The notes below the pieces were generated by a model. That model was not told the DNA's origin. It saw only the letters and a list, made by a program, of their open reading frames with translations, and did no database searches. Positions 1 through 8,700 of a stretch of DNA of 46,755 bases are shown piece by piece. The DNA is from Phycisphaerae bacterium (GTDB lineage Bacteria > Planctomycetota > Phycisphaerae > UBA1845 > Fen-1342). A program made the translations under genes and the position numbers. The stretch covers positions 406-47,160 of the forward strand of contig JALHOX010000001.1 of NCBI GenBank assembly GCA_022842805.1. Reading direction: 5' to 3'. Within the stretch, counting starts at the first letter, position 1, and the number at the start of each line of letters is the position of its first letter.

Positions 1-1348
1 CCACCCCGCCGTCGGCGTGCATCGCCATGCCCAGCGTGTTGGGCAGCGTCACCCAATCGACCGCGTCGGCGTACATCGCCAGATACCAATCGCTGATGGC
101 ACGCGGCGCGATGCCGCTGATCAAGGCAAAATTGCCGGTCACCATCAGCCGCTGAATGTGATGGCCGAAGCCGTTTTCGCGGACTTCGCTCAGGCAGTGA
201 CGCATGCAATTCATGTCGGTGTCGGCGGTCCAGTAAAACCCGGGCAGGCGGCCATGTTGATCGAGCGCGTTGCGAGTGGCGTAGTCCGGGCCGATGTGCC
301 AGTACACGCCGCGAATGAACTCGCGCCAGCCGATGACCTGGCGCACAAATCCTTCGACACAGTTGAGCGGCACGCGCCCGGCTTCGTAGGCCCGCAGCGC
401 CTTGCTCACGACCTCGCGCGGGTTCAACAGCTTCAAGTTGAGCGGCGTCGAAAGCAGCGAGTGATAGAGAAAAGGCTCGCGCTCCCACATCGCGTCCTGA
501 TGATCGCCGAAGCGAGGCAGGCGGCTGTCGATGAAGTGTTCCAGCTCGCGCAGCGCCGCGGCGCGCGTCACCGGCCAGCGAAAACGGGTCAGCGTGCCCG
601 GGGCATCGGGAAAGCGGCGCTCGACGAGCGCCATCACCTGGCGGGTGATCTCGTCCGGCTCGTGCATTGGCGGCGGCGGCGGCTTCGGTGCGGTCTTAAA
701 CGCGGCGCGATTGTCTGCGTCGTAGTTCCATTTTCCGCCGATCGGGCCGCCTTCGGCATCCACGAGTATGCCGAGCCTGCGGCGTTTCTCGCGATAGAAG
801 TACTCCATCACCAATTGCCGCCGGCCCGCGGCCCAGCCCGCGAACTGGTCGTGCGTCGTCAGGAAATGGGCGTCTTCCAGCAGGTCCAGCGGAGTGTTCG
901 CGAGCTTCGCGGCTTTTTGCAGTTGCGTGAGCACGCCCCACTCGCCCGGCCATGTGCAGCGCAGCCGCGCGGGGCGCAGCAGGTCGACGGCGCGGCGAAT
1001 CTCGCGCTCAAACGACTGCTGGTTGTCCGCGTCGTCGAGCGCGATGTAATGAAGGCGAACACCGCGCGCTTGCAGGTCAACCGCGAAATGCCGCATCGCC
1101 GCGAGGAAGACGGTGGTCCGCTGCTTCGACGACCAGACCCGGGTCGATTCTTCGGCCACTTCCATCATCAGCACGGCGTCGCGGGCCGGGTCGAGTTCGC
1201 GAATCAACGGCGCGTCGGCATCGAGCTGGTCGCCCAGCACGATCGTCAGATTGCGCACCGGGCCGGCGATGCGCCGCCGCGCAAGGTTGTCGCCCGTTTC
1301 GAGCGCCTTGGGCGCTGCGGCGGACTTGCTTTCGGCGTGGCGCGGCAT
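1..1348 (-). CDS. cryptochrome/photolyase-family protein of the FeS-BCP/CryPro (photolyase-related, COG3046-like) type; C-terminus lies beyond the window
   Basis: Absent from the ORF track because the frame stays open to the window edge. Manual translation from the ATG (cat at 1346-1348) gives MPRHAESKS...GGKWNYDADNR...FLYHSLLSTPLNLKLL...QVIGWREFIRGVYW...DMNCMRHCLSEVRENGFGHHIQRLMVTGNFALISG...YADAVDWV. These are family hallmark motifs and include a CxxC of the Fe-S site. Third-position G/C is high. Confidence 0.85.
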   Translation of the reverse strand, partial: MPRHAESKSAAAPKALETGDNLARRRIAGPVRNLTIVLGDQLDADAPLIRELDPARDAVLMMEVAEESTRVWSSKQRTTVFLAAMRHFAVDLQARGVRLHYIALDDADNQQSFEREIRRAVDLLRPARLRCTWPGEWGVLTQLQKAAKLANTPLDLLEDAHFLTTHDQFAGWAAGRRQLVMEYFYREKRRRLGILVDAEGGPIGGKWNYDADNRAAFKTAPKPPPPPMHEPDEITRQVMALVERRFPDAPGTLTRFRWPVTRAAALRELEHFIDSRLPRFGDHQDAMWEREPFLYHSLLSTPLNLKLLNPREVVSKALRAYEAGRVPLNCVEGFVRQVIGWREFIRGVYWHIGPDYATRNALDQHGRLPGFYWTADTDMNCMRHCLSEVRENGFGHHIQRLMVTGNFALISGIAPRAISDWYLAMYADAVDWVTLPNTLGMAMHADGGV

Positions 1349-1354
1349 GGTCGA

Positions 1355-1828
1355 TCAGATCTCCGACGATGTGGAGCGCAGCATCGTGAGCGCGATGGCG
1401 CCGCGAATCGTCCAGGCCGCCGTTCGAATCCAATTTGTCGCAACCAGTCGCGCCGCGGTCGCCCCGTCGAAGCCGCGCCCCAGCCGCTCGTGGTCGGGAA
1501 CCTGCACGAGGGCCGTCGAAAGCCAATTCACCGCGACCAGCGTCAATCCGACATAAGCCAGAATGCGCACGGACTTTCCCAGCGGCGTGGTTGCGATCGC
1601 GATCGCGGTGATCAGCTCGATCGCCATCAGCGGCGCCACGATCCAGGTCGTGCGCATCTGATGAGACCGTTCGTAGGCCACAAACGCACTCTCGCCCACG
1701 GCCGCGAAGAGCGGATAGTGCACGAGTTGCACGAACCAGATCAGCCCGGCCATCATCAGCGTGCTTGCGGCGTGCAACTCGAAGACCCAGCGCATCGCAA
1801 CTTCTCCTGGAACCACATCTGCTTTCAT
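1355..1828 (-). CDS. DUF1772 (anthrone-oxygenase-like) integral membrane protein
   Basis: 157-aa ORF with 4 hydrophobic segments (LMMAGLIWFVQLVHYPLF..., IVAPLMAIELITAIAI...). ATG at 1828. Its stop is 6 nt upstream of the photolyase-like start. Confidence 0.75.
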   Translation of the reverse strand: MKADVVPGEVAMRWVFELHAASTLMMAGLIWFVQLVHYPLFAAVGESAFVAYERSHQMRTTWIVAPLMAIELITAIAIATTPLGKSVRILAYVGLTLVAVNWLSTALVQVPDHERLGRGFDGATAARLVATNWIRTAAWTIRGAIALTMLRSTSSEI

Positions 1829-1894
1829 TCAGAGCCACCGCCGGCCGTCGGGCGCGCGGGGGAGCGGTCGTGTCACTGTCGCACGGCCGCGTCC

Positions 1895-2998
1895 TTACGA
1901 CTGCGGCTCAGATTGACTCGCCTGGCGGGCGATGGAGGCGTAGTCGGGTCGATCGGCGGCGTCGGCCAGCGGGCGGGCGAAGACGACCTGGCCGCGATGC
2001 AGAACAAACACGCCGCCGAGTTGGAGGCCGTCGCCGTCGAGCGGGCCGATCCAGTTTCCGCGCAGCGTGGCGGCGACGCCGCGGGCCCAGACACGTGGGC
2101 CAAAGAGTTGCATCGCGCTGCCGCGAGCCAGCCCGAATGCGCGATACAGCCTGCGCGACGGATCACTGACAAAGTCCGCGGCGAGCAGCCCTGCGCCGCG
2201 CAGATAGGCGGCGCTCTTGGCGGCGTCGGACATCAACACCGGCGCCAGTTCGACGCCGGCGTCTCGAATGGCCGCGTGCTGGCGCGCCAGATCGTGGGCC
2301 GCCTCGACGCAGAATGTGCAGCCGGTGTGCCGCAGGAAGACGAGCATCAGCGGGCGCTCGCGGCTCAGCTCGGCCAGCGTCGCGCCGCTCGATGTGCGTG
2401 TTTCCCGCAGGATGGCGTCGCGATTCGCCGTGTTGCGGGCGATCGCCATGCGCTGCTCGGTCGCGGCGGCCCGCCAGGCACCGCGCAGGATCAGCGTGAA
2501 GGGGACCCACCAGATCAGATCGTTGGTGAGGATCGTCGCGCCAAACGCCCACGGAAACTCGCCGCGGGTCGCGGAGAGCAGAAACCCGATCGGCCCGAAG
2601 ATTTTGCCCAGCAAGCCGACGAGCACAATGGGCCAGTGGGTGTAGGGGGCGGTCGCGGCGCAGGCGTAGCCGATGCCGTAAACGCCGACGATCATGCCGA
2701 CGCACTGCCAGATGCCGGGGTAATTCGGGCGGACCGCGCCGAGCCAGTCAAAGAGGGCGTTGGGGAAAAAGATGACGAACGCGCCCCACAGCAGGTTGTA
2801 GGCGGCGCCGAGCAGCAGAACGGTCGACATCCAGCTGGGCGCGACCGTGGCTTGCCAATCCGGTGCGTCGCGGTTCGCGGAGCGCTCGTCCGCGGCAGAG
2901 GAGAGCGCCGGCGGGTCGCGGTGTTCGATCGCGGGGGAGGGCATGTTTCTTCTTTCGCGTTGGGGCGCGATCGCTTGATCCAGGTGCGTCGTGTTCAT
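1895..2998 (-). CDS. membrane-anchored thioredoxin-fold (AhpC/TSA / peroxiredoxin-like) protein with a CTFC motif
   Basis: N-terminal half has about 4 TM helices. C-terminal half reads LMLVFLRHTGCTFCVEAAHDL...GGVFVLHRGQVVF, typical of the thioredoxin fold. Alternative ATG at 2944. Confidence 0.75.
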   Translation of the reverse strand: MNTTHLDQAIAPQRERRNMPSPAIEHRDPPALSSAADERSANRDAPDWQATVAPSWMSTVLLLGAAYNLLWGAFVIFFPNALFDWLGAVRPNYPGIWQCVGMIVGVYGIGYACAATAPYTHWPIVLVGLLGKIFGPIGFLLSATRGEFPWAFGATILTNDLIWWVPFTLILRGAWRAAATEQRMAIARNTANRDAILRETRTSSGATLAELSRERPLMLVFLRHTGCTFCVEAAHDLARQHAAIRDAGVELAPVLMSDAAKSAAYLRGAGLLAADFVSDPSRRLYRAFGLARGSAMQLFGPRVWARGVAATLRGNWIGPLDGDGLQLGGVFVLHRGQVVFARPLADAADRPDYASIARQASQSEPQS

Positions 2999-3019
2999 CG
3001 GCCTGCGAGCCGGAGGCCG

Positions 3020-4486
3020 CTACTTGCGGCGCTGCGAGAGCAGCCATTCGACGATCTCGGGTGTCACGTCGCCGATCGAGAGCGTGTGGCCGCGATCGGG
3101 GAGCTCGATGATCGAGAGCGCCAGACCGCCGTCCACCGCCGTGCGCGCGTCGCGCAGCAGCGATTGCGGCGGCACGATCGCATCGAGCATCGGCACGTAG
3201 AGCCGTGTCGGCGTGGTGCCCGTGAGCGAGGCCCAGTCGCGCCCGCCGGCGACGATGCAGGCCGCGGCGATGCGGTCGGCGTAAAGGCGCCGCACCTGCA
3301 GCGCCACGCCGCCGCCCAGCGAGTGGCCCAGCACATAGATGCGCGCGGGGTCGATCGCGTATTCCGTCGCCATCAACTCGAGCAGGGCGTCGAAGTTGGT
3401 GATGTTCAGCAGAAAGCCGGTCGACTCCGGCGTGACGACGATCGCCCCGCCGGCCAGCGCGGCCCGCAGCAGTGCGCCATTTCCGTACGCCTCGAAGAAC
3501 ATTTGCTCGTCGCCGCCGGCGCCGTGAAAGGCCACGATGAGCGGATGCGGCGTGTCGCCCGCGGCGCTGGGCGGAGCGGCGATGCGGATCGGGGCGCGAT
3601 TCTCCGACAGCCCCCGCGGCCGCCAGTAATCGCCGACGCGTCGACGGTACGGATTTTCGCCGGCGCAGATCCGGGTCACCTCCGACTCCAGCTCTCGCTC
3701 AAGCAGCGCCAGATCGGCCCGAGATTCGGCAGTCCGATTGGGGTCGGGCTGTTCCTGAAAGAGGTCGATCCGCGCGTCGCAGACAAATCGGGCGGTGGCC
3801 GGGGCGGCGTTATCGCCGCAAGACTTCAGTCGCTCGCGCCAGGCGGCGCGGGCCTGCGCCGGTGCTTTGGCGACGACGTTCCATCGCGGGCCGCGAAGGC
3901 TCGCTCCGTTAGCGACGTCGATGAACCAGATTTCGTAGTTGCCGGTCGCCGTCGGCGTGCCGGACAGCTCGATCCGCACCGGGCCGCCGTCGAAGTCGGC
4001 GGGGCCGATCGACTTTCGGCCGGTCGCGAGGCTCGCGCCCGCTGCATCGCGCACTTCGACGCGCAGGTCGAGCGGGGCGGTGCTGTCGGTGGGCCAGGCG
4101 TAAAGCAGCGACAGGTCGATAGAAATCGATTCGGTGACGCCCAGCACACCGACCGCCGGTCGAATGCGGGTCTTCATGGCCCGCAGGCGGCGCAATGAAT
4201 CCGCTTTCGCGCCATCCGGCTCGAAAATGTCATTCAAACGATCAATCTTCTCAATCGCCGTGCCAAACTGCCCGCGGAAAAAGTCGAGCGTCGCCGCGTC
4301 GAAGCGGCGATTCAGGTCGGCGACGTCGACCGACGCCGGGCGGGCGGCGTAGAGCGCGTCGAACCGTTCGTACGATTGGGCCAGGTCGTCGCGCGTGGGT
4401 AGTTCGAGCGGCGGCGCGACGCACGCGGCGCTGACAAATGTGGCCAGCGCGGCCACGGTGTGTACCGCAAAGCGAGGGTGAGGCAT
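3020..4486 (-). CDS. secreted alpha/beta-hydrolase (esterase; GHSLGG nucleophile elbow)
   Basis: The track ORF is 3020..4645, but that start would overlap folE. The internal ATG at 4486 gives MPHPRFAVHTVAALATFVSAACVAPP (signal peptide). C-terminal domain reads PLIVAFHGAGGDEQMF...IYVLGHSLGGGVAL. Confidence 0.75.
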   Translation of the reverse strand: MPHPRFAVHTVAALATFVSAACVAPPLELPTRDDLAQSYERFDALYAARPASVDVADLNRRFDAATLDFFRGQFGTAIEKIDRLNDIFEPDGAKADSLRRLRAMKTRIRPAVGVLGVTESISIDLSLLYAWPTDSTAPLDLRVEVRDAAGASLATGRKSIGPADFDGGPVRIELSGTPTATGNYEIWFIDVANGASLRGPRWNVVAKAPAQARAAWRERLKSCGDNAAPATARFVCDARIDLFQEQPDPNRTAESRADLALLERELESEVTRICAGENPYRRRVGDYWRPRGLSENRAPIRIAAPPSAAGDTPHPLIVAFHGAGGDEQMFFEAYGNGALLRAALAGGAIVVTPESTGFLLNITNFDALLELMATEYAIDPARIYVLGHSLGGGVALQVRRLYADRIAAACIVAGGRDWASLTGTTPTRLYVPMLDAIVPPQSLLRDARTAVDGGLALSIIELPDRGHTLSIGDVTPEIVEWLLSQRRK

Positions 4487-4577
4487 GCGATTCCTCTGCA
4501 GATGAGCGGCGACGCGAGTGTTCGGCCTGTTCGCTCGTGCGGCGAATGCTACAGCCCGTGGGCCGGGCCGCGGCGAA

Positions 4578-5300
4578 TCAGCAACCCGCGCTGCGCGGGC
4601 GGACCAGTTGCATGATTTCTGCGCGAGCGGCGGCATCATCGGCATACAGCCCGCGGAAGGCGCTGGTGATGGTCATGGCGCCGGGCTTGGCCACGCCGCG
4701 CATCCGCATGCATAGGTGTTCGGCTTCCAGCACGATGGCGACGCCGCCGGCCTTCAGGTTCTCGAAGACGGCGTCGGCCACCTGGTTCGTGAGCCGTTCC
4801 TGCACTTGCGGCCGCTTGGCGAATTCGTCGACCGTCCGCGCCAGCTTGGACAATCCGACGATACGACCCCGGGCCGGCAGATAGGCGACGTGCGCCCGAC
4901 CGAAGAAGGGCAGCAGGTGGTGCTCGCAGCAACTGTGAAACTCGATATCGCGCACGACGACGGCCTGCTCGGAATCGTCGACGAAGGTACGCCGCAGGTG
5001 GCGGGCCGGGTCTTGGCGCAGCCCGGAGAAAAGGTCGCGATAGGCCCGCGCCACGCGGGCCGGCGTATCGAGCAGCCCGTCGCGGCTGGGGTTTTCGCCG
5101 ATGGCGATGAGGATTTCGCGTACCGCCCGTTCGATGCGCGGGAGGTCGACCGGGCGGGGTTCATCGCCGGCACGGGCTGTCGGACCATGGGAGACGCATT
5201 TATGGTCCGAGAACTCTTCCGAGATCGCCAATCGCTCGTCCAATGAGGAAACTGGGGCAGAGCTCAGGCGAAGAGCGGCAGCGGAGTCGCGGCAGGCCAT
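4578..5300 (-). CDS. folE: GTP cyclohydrolase I
   Basis: [46 protein letters not shown] and [12 protein letters not shown] are canonical FolE motifs. Confidence 0.95.
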   Translation of the reverse strand: MACRDSAAALRLSSAPVSSLDERLAISEEFSDHKCVSHGPTARAGDEPRPVDLPRIERAVREILIAIGENPSRDGLLDTPARVARAYRDLFSGLRQDPARHLRRTFVDDSEQAVVVRDIEFHSCCEHHLLPFFGRAHVAYLPARGRIVGLSKLARTVDEFAKRPQVQERLTNQVADAVFENLKAGGVAIVLEAEHLCMRMRGVAKPGAMTITSAFRGLYADDAAARAEIMQLVRPRSAGC

Positions 5301-5532
5301 AGAAGGCTCCCAATGCTTGCGGTAAAATCGATCAAATCGTTCAATTCCTGGCCGAGTATAGGCGTGAGTTGAACGGAGTCTATGTGAACGTTTTCAATTT
5401 GCGCAGAAAGATGGGCCGTGGAATCGGCGTGGAAAGATTTATTGAGTCTTTGGGTTGGTGATTTCGCACACTCCGCCTAGGATAGTAAATCGTTCAGAAC
5501 GGGCAACGCCCGACGGGCGTGAGGTACATGCG
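5301..5532. promoter_or_regulatory. divergent promoter/operator region between folE and the MerR/B12-domain regulator
   Basis: Locally AT-richer. The hexamer CGTTCA/TGAACG occurs four times (5338-5343, 5370-5375, 5385-5390, 5491-5496). The 10-mer AAATCGTTCA occurs twice (5334-5343, 5487-5496). Confidence 0.35.
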
Positions 5533-6426
5533 ATGAACCGGACCGCTCTGTCTCCGAAAGAAATGGCCGAGGCGATTGGCGTCAGCGAATCGTCTCTCAA
5601 GCGCTGGGCCGATGGCGGGTTAATCCGCGTCGCCCGGACAGCCGGAGGTCATCGCCGGATCAGCCTGCCCGAGGCAGTTCGATTCGTCCGCGAGCAGGGC
5701 ATCCCGATCGTGCGGCCCGAGTTGCTCGGCCTGCCCGAAGTGTCCAGTCTGCAACTCGAGCTCCAGCGAGCCGGCAGCGAGACCGATCGCCTCTACGACT
5801 TCTTGACCACCGGCCGTTCGAAAGAGGCGCGCGGCGTCGTGACGTCGGCCTATCTGCGCGGCACATCCGCCGCCCAACTGGCGGACGACATTATCGCTCC
5901 CGCCATGGCGCGCGTCGGCGATCTGTGGCGACACGATCCGGCCGGCATCTTCGTCGAGCATCGCGCTACGGACATCATGATTCAGGCGGTCAATCAGCTA
6001 AGGCTCCTGATCGAGCCGCCCGCGAACGCGCCCGAGGCGGTAGGCGGCGCGCCCGCCGGCGATCCCTACGTGCTGCCTTCACTGCTGGTGGCGACGGTGC
6101 TGACGGCGGAGGGCTATCACGCCGTTAATCTCGGCGCCAACTGTCCGACAGATTCTCTGCTGCAAGCGGCGCAGCAACACAAGGCCCGGCTGGCGTGGAT
6201 CAGCATCAGCGGCGTGACGCTCGAGCCCTTCCTGGCGCGAGACATGGTCGATTTTTCGGGCAAACTGGCGGCAATGGGGACGCGGCTGATCATTGGTGGG
6301 CGCACGCGGCCGGTCCTGCCCGCGGGTTCAGATCGACATATCCAAACCGGCGTGACGATGGCCGAGCTGGCGGCGTTCGCTCGTGGGCTGCTGGCGGCGG
6401 ACGACGCACGGCAACAAGCTTCCTAA
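5533..6426 (+). CDS. MerR/excisionase-type HTH regulator with a C-terminal B12-binding-like domain (CarH/LitR architecture)
   Basis: Start moved to ATG 5533 (GAGGT SD 7 nt upstream). HTH reads SPKEMAEAIGVSESSLKRWADGGLIRVARTAGGHRRISLPEAV. The helical module has W-x9-EH (DLWRHDPAGIFVEH). The Rossmann-like module reads GDPYVLPSLLVATVLTAEGYHAVNLG. Confidence 0.8.
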   Translation: MNRTALSPKEMAEAIGVSESSLKRWADGGLIRVARTAGGHRRISLPEAVRFVREQGIPIVRPELLGLPEVSSLQLELQRAGSETDRLYDFLTTGRSKEARGVVTSAYLRGTSAAQLADDIIAPAMARVGDLWRHDPAGIFVEHRATDIMIQAVNQLRLLIEPPANAPEAVGGAPAGDPYVLPSLLVATVLTAEGYHAVNLGANCPTDSLLQAAQQHKARLAWISISGVTLEPFLARDMVDFSGKLAAMGTRLIIGGRTRPVLPAGSDRHIQTGVTMAELAAFARGLLAADDARQQAS

Positions 6427-6438
6427 GGTAAAAATGCG

Positions 6439-6936
6439 ATGAGCGTCGTTCATACGCTGACGCGGATCCAGACGATCCCTCGGCCGATCGAGGAGGTCTT
6501 CGCGTTTTTCGCCGAGGCGCGAAATCTCGAAACCATCACCCCGCCATTTCTCCATTTTCACGTGCTGACGCCGGCGCCGATCGAGATGCGCAGCGGCGCC
6601 CTGATCGACTATCGCCTGCGATTGCGCGGGCTGCCGATTCGTTGGCGGACGCGGATCGAGGAGTGGCGGCCGAACGAGCGGTTTGTCGACACCCAGTTAC
6701 GCGGGCCCTACGCGCTTTGGCATCACACGCACCTGTTTCGGCAGACGCCGGCGGGCGTCGAAATGACCGACCTGGTGCGTTACGCGCTGCCGCTCGGGCC
6801 GCTCGGAGCGATCGCGCATCGACTGTTCGTGCGGCGAGATGTTGAGAACATCTTCGACTATCGCGCCAAGACCATCGCGCGCCTGTTCGGGGCGGAGTAT
6901 CCGGCGCGGAGCGGGTCGGGTGGGGGGGGGGCGTGA
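6439..6936 (+). CDS. SRPBCC (cyclase/dehydrase-like) family protein
   Basis: 165-aa ORF: IPRPIEEVFAFFAEARNLETITPPFLHFHVL...WRPNERFVDTQLRGPYALWHHTHLF. It starts 12 nt after the regulator stop. Confidence 0.8.
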   Translation: MSVVHTLTRIQTIPRPIEEVFAFFAEARNLETITPPFLHFHVLTPAPIEMRSGALIDYRLRLRGLPIRWRTRIEEWRPNERFVDTQLRGPYALWHHTHLFRQTPAGVEMTDLVRYALPLGPLGAIAHRLFVRRDVENIFDYRAKTIARLFGAEYPARSGSGGGGA

Positions 6937-6970
6937 GGTCGCAAAGCCGCGCGGGTGGGGGTGGGGCGGG
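6913..6970 (+). repeat. G-tract cluster: G10 homopolymer (6922-6931) and GGGTGGGGGTGGGGCGGG (6953-6970)
   Basis: Read directly. The first tract encodes the GGGG tail of the SRPBCC ORF. The second lies in the intergenic region upstream of the dioxygenase gene. Confidence 0.9.
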
Positions 6971-7075
6971 CGATTTTCGTTGACCGGCGCACCGCGAACG
7001 TCGTAGACTCCGAGGCGACGCAGCCGGTCGGGCCGGTGGCTCGCGCTGCCATTTCGCGTTTCGGAGAGTGCGATC

Positions 7076-7621
7076 ATGCCGATCATTCCGCCGCTCAACC
7101 TGCGAAAATGGGTCGAAGACAATCGTCATCTGCTGAAGCCGCCGGTGGGGAACAAGTGCGTCTTTCAGGATGAGAATTTCATCATCATGGTGGTGGGCGG
7201 GCCGAATGCGCGGAAGGACTATCACGTTAACGAGACGGGCGAGTTCTTCTATCAGATCGAGGGCGACATCACGGTCGGCATCATCGACCCCGCCACCGGC
7301 AAGCCGCAGGATGTGATCATTCGCGAGGGCGAGATCTTTCTGCTGCCGCCGCTGGTGCCCCATTCGCCGCGCCGCCCGCGGAACACGGTGGGGCTGGTGG
7401 TGGAGCAGGTGCGTCAGCCGGGGATGATCGACAAGCTGCAGTGGTACAGCGACGACACCCACGAGCTGGTCTATGAGGCGCAGTTCAAGCTGGAGAACAT
7501 CCAGGAAGACCTGAAGCGGATCATGGAAGAGTTTTGGGCGAAGCCGGAGCTGCGTCGGTGCAAGAGCACGGGCAGCATCATCGCGCCGCCGACGGAGGCG
7601 CTGCCGCCGCCGCCGCGATGA
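7076..7621 (+). CDS. nbaC: 3-hydroxyanthranilate 3,4-dioxygenase
   Basis: NLRKWVEDNRHLLKPPVGNK...MVVGGPNARKDYHVNETGEFFYQIEGD...REGEIFLLPPLVPHSPRR is the cupin signature of HAAO. GGAGAG SD sits 7 nt upstream of the ATG. Confidence 0.9.
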   Translation: MPIIPPLNLRKWVEDNRHLLKPPVGNKCVFQDENFIIMVVGGPNARKDYHVNETGEFFYQIEGDITVGIIDPATGKPQDVIIREGEIFLLPPLVPHSPRRPRNTVGLVVEQVRQPGMIDKLQWYSDDTHELVYEAQFKLENIQEDLKRIMEEFWAKPELRRCKSTGSIIAPPTEALPPPPR

Positions 7622-8691
7622 GTCGGCGGAGCGCGAACGCCGCATTTGATGTTTCGGGGAGCGCAGCGGTGACCAAGCGATCACGTTTGACGGCACGAAG
7701 GTGGGTCGCGAGGTTCGTGCCGTTGGCAGTGGTGCTGGGGGTGAGCGGTTGCGAGATTGCCTTCGAAAGAGCTTCTTCGCAAGCCTCGACTCAAGAGCGA
7801 AGCGATGAGCCGATTAAATCCCTCCTCGATCGCTGGCAAGCCACCACACCTGACAAGGGGTTGCCGAAGTACGTCGACGATCGGGCGATTGGTCAGGAAC
7901 TGTGGACGCGCGCGCCTTCCGGACAGATGACCGCAGCCGAGTCCCAGCAATTCTTCGACATCATTTACGCCCACGATCGTCACGGCGCTCGAACACAGCT
8001 CGCGCGGACTCCGAAGCTTTGGCCGGTCGGCGGAAATGCGTGGGTCCGAGCCGTGGCGATTTACCCGGCGATCACGACCGAGTTGCATTGGCGTCGCGCG
8101 GGCGACGCCGACTGGCATCGCGTCGAGCATTACGGCAGTTACGCATTTCTGGACCTCGGTGCGGCGAAGGCGGGGGACCAATGTGTGGCGCTGGAATACA
8201 AGTTGATCCGAGATGAGACACTGCTATGGCAAGGCGTGATCGATGCGACCTATGACGGGTATCACGGCCTGGACGAGTCATGCGAGATCGTCCGCGATCC
8301 GGCAGTGGACGCGTGGTTGGCGAAGGAGCTGTTTCAAGACGGAAATCTGGCGGTCCGCGCACCGTTGGCGGCGACCAATCCAGGCGGCATTCATGTCGCG
8401 ATCAAGATGGAGTTTCTGCGCGACGGAGTTGTCGTAGCGCGAGGCCATCGCGTGTATGGGCTGGGGCATGTTCCAAAGACTTGCGAGGGAGAATTTCGTA
8501 CAGAATCGATCGAGTGGCTGGTTCCCGACGCACGAACCGATGGCGACCGGGCGAAGTGGATCACGCGGGTCACGGGCGTGCCGGAACTGGCGGCGACGCC
8601 GGAGTACGACGGTGGAAACCCAACATTGCTGCCGCCACGAAAGGTTTGGGGCGGCGTGCTGGAGTATCCGCCGCGCGATTCGAGGCGATGA
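7618..8691 (+). CDS. hypothetical lipoprotein
   Basis: The track ORF begins at 7534. ATG 7618 overlaps the nbaC stop (ATGA) and gives MSRRS...FVPLAVVLGVSGC (lipobox). No recognisable domain. Confidence 0.6.
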   Translation: MSRRSANAAFDVSGSAAVTKRSRLTARRWVARFVPLAVVLGVSGCEIAFERASSQASTQERSDEPIKSLLDRWQATTPDKGLPKYVDDRAIGQELWTRAPSGQMTAAESQQFFDIIYAHDRHGARTQLARTPKLWPVGGNAWVRAVAIYPAITTELHWRRAGDADWHRVEHYGSYAFLDLGAAKAGDQCVALEYKLIRDETLLWQGVIDATYDGYHGLDESCEIVRDPAVDAWLAKELFQDGNLAVRAPLAATNPGGIHVAIKMEFLRDGVVVARGHRVYGLGHVPKTCEGEFRTESIEWLVPDARTDGDRAKWITRVTGVPELAATPEYDGGNPTLLPPRKVWGGVLEYPPRDSRR

Positions 8692-8700
8692 GCGTTTTGC

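Noticed and set aside
17-4198. 1393-aa ORF on the plus strand, the longest in the track
   Set aside because: Arg/Ala/Gly-rich with no recognisable motif. It is antisense to four genes with clear family signatures (photolyase-like, DUF1772, thioredoxin-fold, esterase). This is a typical stop-poor shadow frame of GC-rich DNA.
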